Shown here in pieces: positions 54,900 through 64,000 of a stretch of DNA of 64,000 nt (the stretch's first letter is position 1; every line of letters begins with the position of its first letter). The notes beneath the pieces were generated by a model. The model had not been told where the DNA came from, searched no databases, and saw only the letters and a program-made list of their open reading frames with translations. This DNA is from Felis catus (taxonomy: Eukaryota): assembly GCF_018350175.1 (NCBI RefSeq), contig NC_058383.1, forward strand, positions 2,666,001 to 2,730,000, in the 5' to 3' direction. The translations under genes and the position numbers were made by a program.

Positions 54900-55400
54900 T
54901 CCTATTATCTGGTTTACATAAAATGGACCTTTTAAACATAATTTAGGTCATGGCACTCTGGCTCAGACCACCACTGTGACTCCCCAAAGCTAAAGCTCCT
55001 ATCATGACGCACCTGCTGCCCCTACCACCACACCGGCCTCTTTGCTGCTCAGGAACCCTGAGGGCAGGCTCCCCTTTAGAGCCTTTCCAGCTGCCTGTAA
55101 CACTCCCCCCACCCAGCTAACCCCTATGCTCAACCCCTCCCTCTCTCCCTCCCTCAGGTCTTTGCTGAAATGTCACCTTCTCTATGGGGATACCTTGCCT
55201 TCTCTATTCTACCCTTTCTTTTTCCCATCACACCCATTAACCTTGAATAGGCAATATACTTATTTATTATGTGTTGCCTTGTCTCTCCTCTTCTCCCCTC
55301 CCTACCCTACTGTGTATCAGCTCCACAGATAAGGAACTTTCTTTGGTCCTTCATATATTCCAAGGACCCACAAAAGTGCAGGGCACAGAGTAGACAGTCA
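54900..55400 (+). mobile_element. L2 remnant
   Basis: ctcaggtctttgctgaaatgtcaccttctc; gggcacagagtagacagtcaa 3' end. Confidence 0.7.
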
Positions 55401-55410
55401 AATTATTATT

Positions 55411-55638
55411 ATTATTATTATTTTAAATTTTTTTTCAACATTTATTTATTTTTGGGACAGAGAGAGACAGAGCATGAACAGGGGAGGGGCAGAGAGAGAG
55501 GGAGACACAGAATCGGAAACAGGCTCCAGGCTCCGAGCCATCAGCCCAGAGCCTGACGCGGGGCTCGAACTCACGGACCGCGAGATCGTGACCTGGCTGA
55601 AGTCGGACGCTTAACCGACTGCGCCACCCAGGCGCCCC
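55411..55638 (-). mobile_element. Felid CAN-SINE, young subfamily
   Basis: CpG-intact body nearly identical to the 711-936 copy; TSD aaattattatt. Confidence 0.97.
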
Positions 55639-55730
55639 AAATTATTATTTTTTAAATGAATACATTTCCTTTTAAGATTTCATTGAACAAAATATCCTCA
55701 GTTAAAAAAAAAAAAAAAAAAGAGTTTGCA

Positions 55731-55836
55731 GGATCCCCGGCTGTCTCAGTCAGTAGAGCGTGTGACTCTTGATCTCAGGGTTGTGAATTCAAGCCCCACA
55801 TTGGGCATAGAGTTTACTTTAAAAAAAAAAAAAAAA
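55731..55836 (+). mobile_element. Short tRNA(Lys)-like carnivore SINE monomer
   Basis: ggctgtctcagtcagtagagcgtgtgactcttgatctcagggttgtgaattcaagccccacattgggc plus A tail; TSD aaaagag(t/c)ttg(c/t)a. Confidence 0.85.
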
Positions 55837-57319
55837 AGAGCTTGTAATTGGCTTACCTAGATCTGTTTGGCCATCTTCATACGGAAGCTGCGTAAAGGTA
55901 AAGCACATTTGTGAAAACGTCAAGGGGGGGCGGGTCTTCTAGCAGGACCCTGAGAATGGCCAAGTGAATGTCACTTCTGCTCTGGGCAAGGTTGTGAGTC
56001 ACGAGTAAGTAGTGTGACCGTCCAACAGCAAAGGAAATGAAAGATTCTGGGCGAAAAGCATCATTATTTTGGTACAGGAAATAGAGCCTGATGACATCTC
56101 TGTTAGAGAGTAAACACGTACAAGAGGAAACACATGGAAATAATATTTTAGGTTTTTAGAGTGCCCTTGATGAGATTCTGCACCAAAACATATTTTGAAA
56201 CCTTTAGTTAGCATAGTGTGGAGTGGGCAGAATGGGTTTTTTTTAATGGGTAAGAAAATGACTCAGGGGCAGGGAGAAAACAGCAGTGATGAACAGACAT
56301 CAGTGGCCAGAACGGTGTCAACCCTGGGGACCCCGGCAAGGAGCCTTGGAAATGGCCTTGTGATGTTTTTGCAAACGATGCGGCGGAAAACACGCCCAGT
56401 GAAGTCGGCGACTCAGCACACGACCTTGGACCTTCCTGGGTGGTGAGATGCCAGGCCAACAGAGACAAACGGAAGGAGGTCTTCAGGGCCGAGTGCGTGG
56501 ACAGGGAAGTGGCAAATGGGCCTCGCTGGGCCCAACTCTGGTAGAGCATCCGGGGAAAAAGATAGTAGGGCTGTCAGCCATGACCCGTGGATGGGCACAG
56601 GAGGCACTGTGCACGATTTTTGGAATGTGTCAGCCAAGATGAGGACAGAATGCTGGATCCTAGCAGTTCATCAAAGACAGTTCATCGTCCTGCTGCTCTG
56701 TGAAATGCCTTGCCTTCTGCTGTCCTGTCCCCACGGCCTCCACCCTGGTGCCAGGGCTTCCTCTTAATCTTCCCCCTCTCCCCTTGTCACTCCACACCTC
56801 AGAAGGCTGCGTTGCCCTCTAAAAACAGTACCACCATCTTGTGAGTTCCCAGCACCTTTTCAATCGCAGCTCAAATGACTCATCTCTGTGATACCTCTGC
56901 GGACATGGCTCGGCCATCATTGCTTGCTCAGAGCTAAAAGTGGCTCTTCTGAATCATGTAAAGATGATCTGCTTAAAGTTGGCCTCTTGCACAGCAAACT
57001 CCTCAAAATTGAAAAGTGTGTCTTGTACTGTAGGTGCTCGAAAACTATTTGTGCGATGCACAGATGGAGAGATGCGCTGTGTATCTTGAGACAGACAACG
57101 TGGAGACGAGGAATGTCCCGAGCCAGCCGGAGTGGCCCTGGGGAGGGAAGAGTCACAGTGGGGAGGCAGGTGTCCTTCAGCGTGGAAGTAACAGCTGAAG
57201 AGGGACACAAGCACCACATCCAAATCCTTGAAAGGTGTCGAGATGGTGAACAGGGTCACAGAATACTGGACCAAGTCACAGAACAGCAGAGAGAGGAGGC
57301 AAACCTCCATGTTTAAGAA

Positions 57320-57845
57320 AAACTTTGAAATATTTATTTCACGCAAAAAGAAGGCTGCCTTAAATTTTTCTGTGTACAAAACATCGCATTTTTTATAGGA
57401 TTAACTTTGGGGGAAACAAACACTCTGTGATCGCATAGTTGGATTAGCTTTGACGACTGTACGCGCTCGCGGAAACGTTGTCCCTGTCAAGATGCAAATA
57501 CGTCTGTTGCCCCAGGAAAGGGCCCCATGTGCCCCTTTGAAGTCAGTCACCCCCCCGGCCCCCAGCTTGTGCAACCAATCTGCTTGCTATTGCTGTAGAT
57601 GAGTTTGCCTGTTTTCAGAGCCTCATGGGTACATTCTGGTGTCTGGCTTCTTTCTCTCATCACTGGGTTTTTGAGATTCATCCCTGCTGTGGCGTGAATC
57701 AGTAGTTGGGTCATTTTTCATCCATCTATAGTATTTCATTGTGGGACCGTGGTGCCGTTTATCCATTTACCTATTGAGGATATTTGAGTCTATTGTGAAT
57801 AAAACTGCCACAAACATTTACGCAGAAGTCTTTTTATGGATAAGG
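57320..57845 (-). mobile_element. Old L1 3' end (L1MC/ME-like)
   Basis: tttttgagattcatccctgctgt, tttatccatttacctattgaggatattt, tattgtgaataaaactgc. Confidence 0.75.
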
Positions 57846-59170
57846 CACGGCGCAGACACAGTGTTACTAAATAAAACAGAATTCTGAGGCAGAATCTCGG
57901 ATTTGAAAGGGAAGTTGATAGGAATCCTAACTCTTGCTGAGTCCAAGCCTCCGCCTGCTGCCTTCCTTCCCACGTCACAACCTTGAACCTGGCCATTTGG
58001 TCTTTACCAGCCCCAATGATGGGGAACTCACCACTTCTCAAAGAAGCTTATTCAGTAGGGGGAAAGCTCCAAATGGTAGAAAGTTCTCCCTTAACTGAAT
58101 TTCAGCTGATCACTGTACAGGGCCCACCCCTGCCCCCCGGTGTGGAAGTGAAGTCTGATAACACGGGCACACAGTCAGATATTTAAAAAGAGCCGCCAGA
58201 TTCACCTCAAGTCTTTCCCGTTTTGGTCCACGGACCCTTTGTTGTGCCAAGCATTTCACTTGGGATTTACAGCTCTGGCTTGTGGCTGTCCCTCTTAAGA
58301 TATGCCACCAATTACTGGACACATCGCTCCAGCTGAGGTCAAGCTGGCCCAGCTCTGCCCAGCTCGTCCTTCTCTCTGCACAACCATGTTGGCCCTGCCT
58401 TAGCCCGGGACCACCAGTACACGCGGCTGACTCCCACAGAGCGAGCGGCAGTAAGAGAGCCGCCCGGAGCCTTTTCTTTCTCACATGTGTTGCTATTAAA
58501 CCATGTCCCCCCCTCCCACCCCCACATCCTGTGCTTCCCACAGTGGGTAGCAGATTTATGGAAATAGTACGGACTTGAAAATACAAAGAGCTTCAAAAAT
58601 GATTCAGACAACTTCATGGTTGAGAGACCCAGAATGGCTTATTATGGCAAACTGGGATGTTCTGTTTCCCATTGCTTGCTTTCCGGCTGACATCAGGACA
58701 GATAACTGGGCTGGACTGGATGGTTTCTGAGGCCCCTTCTAGCTCTCAAATTTTGTGATTCTTTGTCCTCTCACTAAATGTTCTTTGGTGTCACTGCCGG
58801 TCCCAGGATGAAGTCAACGGGGCCAGGAGGCTGTGTCCGTTGCCATGTTTTCTCAGAAAAGAAGGTAAATGAAAGAGAGAGGAAGGAGACAAGGTAAGGA
58901 GAAGCATTACTGAAATTCCCAACATTGCCGAGTAGGAGTTTACACCTACTAGGAGGGCTGCTCCCTCCTAGTGTGAGGGGGGAGAGTGGCTGGTCCCACC
59001 CCCACATTAAAGCACAACTTACATTAGTTTTCCTATTGTTTCTTATAAAATTATATGTATTCGTCTTAGATTTCTTAGAAGCTAAGGACAAATTTAATGA
59101 AAAAAAAAAACTATGATCTTATAAAGAATGAACACTATTAACATTTTGGTGCATTTTATTCCAGTCCTTT

Positions 59171-59199
59171 TTAAATTATTTCAATGTTTACTTATTTAT

Positions 59200-59254
<55 letters not shown>

Positions 59255-59779
59255 AGAGAGAGAATCCCAAGCAGGTTCCGTGCTGTCAGTGCAGAGTCTG
59301 ACACAGGGCCTAATCCCATGAACTGTGGGAAACAGGTTCAAGAATTCCTTATAGTTACATAAATGGGTTAAAAAAAGCTTAGGACTGAAGGCTGCCCCCA
59401 CAGGGCAAAAGTGTCCGAGGTTAGTTAGTAAGATATTAAAATGGGATCACGAATAACTTGTTACAGGAAACTACTTTCCATCTGGCGCCCAGACCGTTTG
59501 CTTCTTACACGCGCAAGTTAATAACAGTCTGATTGTTTTCTCCATGTTCACCACATGTGTACGATCTTGAGAGCTCAATAAATACGGACATGAAATCCCT
59601 GTTCAGGGCTCTTGTCTCCTCCCAGACATTAGCCTCTCTCGTATTCAATTCTGCATCCGCTCTCTTGCTGGACAAGAGAGAACTCCAGACTCATAGTTTG
59701 CGACAATGAACTGTGAGATCATGACCCGAGGTGAGATCAAGAGCCGGATGCCCAACCAGCCGAGCTACCCAGGCGCCCC
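59171..59779 (-). mobile_element. CAN-SINE interrupted by a solo LTR
   Basis: SINE halves 59171-59323 and 59706-59779 rejoin at atgaac|tgtgagatcatgacc; TSD ttccagtccttt. Confidence 0.93.
59324..59705 (+). mobile_element. 382-bp retroviral solo LTR with 6-bp TSD (class II/ERVK-like signature)
   Basis: TG...CA ends; imperfect inverted termini TGTGGGAAAC / GTTTGCGACA; perfect ATGAAC duplication at 59318-59323 and 59706-59711; AATAAA at 59577-59582. Confidence 0.88.
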
Positions 59780-60551
59780 TCTTCCAGTCCTTTCTTAAAA
59801 AGTTTGTTTATCTATAGTTGATTCATCCCTCCAATATATATCCAGGTATTCCAAATTTTGCAAAAGAAAAATGACACAACTAATCTTGACCATTTTCCCA
59901 TTTTCTTTGAAAAATAGTTTAATAATTTCATAGTATGCCACAAAGTAGATAAGTCATAATGTATAATAATTCCTACTCTTAGACATATGAATTCCTTCTA
60001 ATTTTTTCCTATTACAAATGATGCAGAGGTAAGCACATGAATTCTGGCACGTGAATCTTCACATTTGGCGTCAATTTAAAGATATTTCTATTGGAGAGTG
60101 ATTTGGGGGGCAAAGCATATGAACTTTCTTAAGGTTTTTCATATACGAGTGTCACCAGATTACTTCCCACAATCCCTAGGTGACTCGGTGGTGATGTTTT
60201 TCATCCAAGAACTTTTCAGAATGACAGAGCAGATAAACTCTGTTTCACTTCCTAACTTGAATAGAGCTCAGGAGAACAAAAGGTAAAAACCTATATACAA
60301 ACCCCCAAATTTCTCGCTAAGGATCCCGAGCCCCATAAGAGAGGGAAAAAAAGCAGTTAGAAGGACAATTGGGGGTAAAGTGCCATAATTTAAAAAACTC
60401 ATATAATAAATGTCCCAGGTGAAGCTGAAATGCCAAGGAGTGTGGGCATGTAAAGATGTCCCCTAAGTGAGAACCACAGGTCCGGTGCTATGAATGCATG
60501 TTAATTCTAGGGTATTTTGCCCACATAGCTAAAGGGACCTAGTCATTCACG

Positions 60552-61148
60552 CTATTGGTTTGCTCAGGCTGGGGGACTTCGCCAGCAAAAACTTGTTTTT
60601 TCACAGTTCTAGAGGCTGGAAGTCCAAGATTATGGTTAGCAGGTTCCTCCTGAAGCCTCTCTCCCTAGCTCACAGGTACCCACCCTCTTGCCTCCTCTTT
60701 GCATGGTGGTTCTTCTGTGAATGCATCCCTGGTATCTCCTTGTCTTTCCAAATTTGCATTTAAAAAATTTTTTTTAAATGTTTTTTTAAATTTATTTTTG
60801 AGACAGAGAGAGACAGAGCATGAGCAGGGGAGGGACAGAGAGAGAGGGAGACACAGAATGTGAAGCAGGCTCCAGGCTCTGAGCTGTCAGCACAGAGCCT
60901 GACATGGGGCTTGAACTCACAGACTGTGAGATCATGACCTGAGCTGAAGTCCGACATTCAACCGACTGAGACACCCAGGTGCCCTCCCAATTTGCATTTC
61001 TTATCATGACACTGTTCCGATTGGATTAGAGCCTACCCTCATGGCCTCATTTTAACTTAATTACCTTTTAAAAATATGGTCACATTCTGGGGTATGGTTA
61101 GGACTTCAGCATATGAATCTTGTGGAGGGACGGAATTCAGTCCAGGAA
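60552..61148 (-). mobile_element. MLT1A/B-like MaLR LTR split by a SINE
   Basis: tcacagttctagaggctggaagtccaagat; ggattagagcctaccctcatggcctcattttaacttaattacc; ttaggacttcagcatatgaat. Confidence 0.85.
60761..60984 (-). mobile_element. Felid CAN-SINE
   Basis: TSD cc(a/c)aatttgcattt. Confidence 0.95.
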
Positions 61149-61285
61149 GCCCACCTAGTAGAAGGAATGGCTTGTGTGGAGGGCTTTGTATCTGTACTCT
61201 GATTCCACGGTTTCTAAGGCTGTTCTCCGGCCCCTGAAAAGTACCCTCCCTCCAAGTATCTCACAGAGACCTCAGGAAGTATCTC

Positions 61286-61780
61286 TGGCAGATTGTATTT
61301 TGCAAAATGACTGCAACAATACCTCCGATCTTGCCTATTTTGCAGTGTGACCTTGCCTCCTTCGCATCAAGAGGTAGAGTCTAATTGCTCCTCCTCTCAA
61401 ATCTGGGCTGGCCTTAGTGATTTGCTTTCTACCAACAGACTGCAGTGGAAATGATGTGCCGGCTTTCCAAGGCTACTGCAGAAGGGGCCGTGCAGCTTCC
61501 GGAAAACTGTGTCTCAGATGCTTGCTCTGGGAACGCAGCCGCCATGCTGTGAGGAAGCCCAAACCACACGGAGAAACCACATGCATGCAGTCTGTGTAAT
61601 AGTCCCAGTCAAGCCCAGCCTGCAAGCGATCCCAGCTCACATGCCAGACTTTGAGCGAAAAGTTGTGGGGGATTCCAGGCCTTAGCCGTTTTCCTGCCGT
61701 GCCCTGATTGAATTTGTGACCCCCAGACCCTGTGAGCGAAGTGACTGCTTCACATCACATTTGGGGATGAAACGGAGCCA
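61286..61780 (+). mobile_element. MLT1H-like MaLR LTR
   Basis: tggcagattgtattttgcaaaatgactgcaacaata...catcaagaggtagagtcta...gccatgctgtgaggaagcccaa. Confidence 0.8.
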
Positions 61781-62299
61781 AAAGAGAGACTGTGCCTTAT
61801 TCAAACATATATTCAGCTGGTGGACGGTGGAACTAGATTAAAATCCAGCCCCTGCAGTGTTCAGGCCAGAGCGTCTGCCATTTGTCCTGCCAACAAGTGT
61901 TTATTGTCTGTGGTACACCACGCACTGTCTTGGGCACTGAGTAGGGACTGGTGACTCCTGTATATAGCTCCAGAGTGCGGAATGCGGGCCAGTGACCGAC
62001 ACTGCAGAAAGCCTGCCTACAGTTCACTGCAAGCAAGACTCAGTGGTAACCACAGCTTTCCCCACATGGAATGCTCCTGAGAATTGACACAGAGGAGCCT
62101 CGGGCACATGACTCGACTGAAGAGGTATTCATACCAGCCCTAATTCCCCCATTTAACTTCCTGCCTTGTTCCCACAGGGACGTAAGAGCTTTCTTTTATT
62201 TGACTTAGAACTTCCTCTTTTACACCAGATGCTCTTTAAGACCCATTACTGACCAGTTCTCATGATGCTGACTGTACGATATTTGTCTCATCTTCTCCA

Positions 62300-62480
62300 A
62301 GGGCAGGAGACAGAGTCAGGAGATAGGGTTCAAATCCCGGCTCTACCTGTGACTGGCTGGGTAGCCCCAGGCAAATGATTTAAGCTTATTGAACCTCAGT
62401 TAAGTGCAAAAACATACTTCCTGTCTCACAGGGGTTGTTGTGAGGGTTAAATAAAGTGCTTATGTGAACCCCAGGTGGAG
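62300..62480 (+). mobile_element. MIR
   Basis: gggttcaaatcccggctctac...gaacctcagt...ggttgttgtgagggttaaat. Confidence 0.8.
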
Positions 62481-62809
62481 AGATGTCTACTGAATCCTTT
62501 GCTAACGTCTGTCCCCTTCTCCAAAGTAATATCTCAAACCTTCCATACTCCAGTCTCAAAGGCTGGCAATTCTCTTCCTCTTTCTACCCCTTAAGTAGCT
62601 AGGTCCTCTTTGAAGAGAGCGATTGGGGAGAGACAGAGAGAAGAAAATATCAGCTGCCTCTTCCTCAGCTTTGCCTCACCACTCACCAATGAAGCTGTGC
62701 CCCCTGCCCATGCCCCAACTTCCCTTTGCAGAGGACTCGACAGCTCTCCCCTGGCCAAGGCCAAGCCTTCCCCTCATAAGACGTTCCTGGGGGTCTTCGG
62801 GACTCTGAA

Positions 62810-64000
62810 CTATTGATTACCAACCCCTCCTCCTGGTTCTCTTTTTCTACAGAAAAGAGAATTCCCTCGAGCCCGAATCTCCCTGCCATCTTCTGCCCTC
62901 GCCCAAACCTCTTGAACATGGCACCTGAATTGCCCACCCTTGGGGTTAGCTCAGGCTCCCCACAGACACTGCCATCCCAGGTCTTGGAGGAGCGTCTTGT
63001 CACTAAGCACAGGGGTCACGTTTTAGCCCTTAGCTTCTGGATGCTCTGCTGTATTTGCTTTTGTCGATTGCTCAAAGTCACTTGTTTCCCCATCGTGGAG
63101 GCCCCACCCTCTCCCATCTTGCTTTCCACCTCTGCTCCCACCTTGACGGTACCCACAAACATCCTGCTGTCTAACGATGGACGTCACACAGACATCTTGA
63201 ATCTAACAGATTCAAAAGCAGATCAGGTGGTCTCTTCCACCCCCCCATCCCTCAAATTCTGTTCCTCCAACTGTGTTGGCTCGCTTAAGAAGCCAAACAG
63301 CCAGTTTTCTTGCTGCGAGAGCCAGAAAACAGGTGTCATTGTCCACGCCATCCTTTGTTATCTATGGATCCCACCTCCAAAATAGCTTCTTAATCTTCCT
63401 GTTTTCTCCCATCCCACTGTCCCTGGCGTATCCTATTTAAATGGCCACAACAGTCTCCTCTCAGGCATCCTGGCTTCTGATGACCCAACCCTAATCCATG
63501 GACTGAATGATGTTGCTGAGTCACATCTGATTAGGTAACTCCTCTGTTTAAAAACCTTCAGCGGGGGAAACAAACCATAAGAAACTCTTAAAGATAGAGA
63601 GAACCAACGAGGGTTGATGGAGGTGTGTGGGGGGATGGGCTGGATGGGAGATGGGCCTGAAGGAGGGCACTTGTTAGGAAGGGTACAGGGTGTTGTATAT
63701 AAGTGATGAATCACTGAATTCTATTCCTGAAACCAACACTGCACTGTATGTTAAGTAACTAGAATTTAAATAAAAAACTGAGAAGATAAAAGAAAAAACA
63801 AAACCTTCAGGAGGGCTCATTGTTCTCATGCTGAAGTTTACACTCTGAGCTTCCGCACATGGCTTTCCCTCTGCCTGAAACATCCTGCCTTCTTTTCCAG
63901 GCTGTTGATTCAACTCCTACTTATCCCTCAGGTTTCTGTCGAGACTTTACTTCCCTGGAAGATTTTCCCTGATTCCCCACAGCTGTGAAATCCTTCTGAG
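62810..64000 (+). mobile_element. L2 remnant (ORF2 end and 3' region), split by an L1 fragment
   Basis: ggatctc-like L2 motifs: agccagaaaacaggtgtcattg, caacagtctcctctcaggcatcctggcttc, ccctctgcctgaaacatcct, aactcctacttatccctcagg. Confidence 0.7.
63562..63799 (+). mobile_element. 5'-truncated carnivore L1 3' UTR
   Basis: acaaaccataagaaactctta...gatgaatcactgaattctattcctgaaaccaacactgcactgtatgttaa; TSD aaaaccttcag at 63551-63561 and 63800-63810. Confidence 0.93.

Larger units (their letters stand above)
59020..60180 (-). mobile_element. Old L1ME-like remnant hosting the SINE/LTR nest
   Basis: aacactattaacattttggtgcattttattccagtc; ttttttctattacaaatgatgca; ccagattacttcccaca. Confidence 0.6.

Noticed and set aside
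62813..63385. 190-aa ORF
   Set aside because: Lies in a degraded L2 element

Overview
Mammalian genomic DNA, almost certainly from a cat-family (felid) genome: it carries about 26 tRNA-derived CAN-SINEs of felid type plus carnivore L1 3' ends. I found no intact protein-coding gene. The window reads as intergenic DNA or a large intron, made of young felid SINEs layered on older eutherian repeats (L1M*, L2, MIR, CR1/L3, MaLR MLT1, a MER74-like LTR, and the hAT transposons MER63, MER58, MER5 and Charlie1). The one recognisable gene-derived feature is a full-length processed RPSA pseudogene (36518-37527). Most notable details: (1) a 382-bp solo LTR with a perfect 6-bp TSD (class II/betaretrovirus-like signature) inserted inside a felid SINE; (2) SINE copies carrying 3'-transduced flank that ends in TTT; (3) repeated reuse of the same insertion sites; (4) several repeat-free blocks that look like developmental enhancers, inferred from motifs only. 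The long ORFs in the ORF track come from SINEs, low-complexity repeats or chance. I see no convincing evidence for a novel biological system. Repeat subfamily names come from my recall of consensus sequences, and boundaries of old repeats are approximate.
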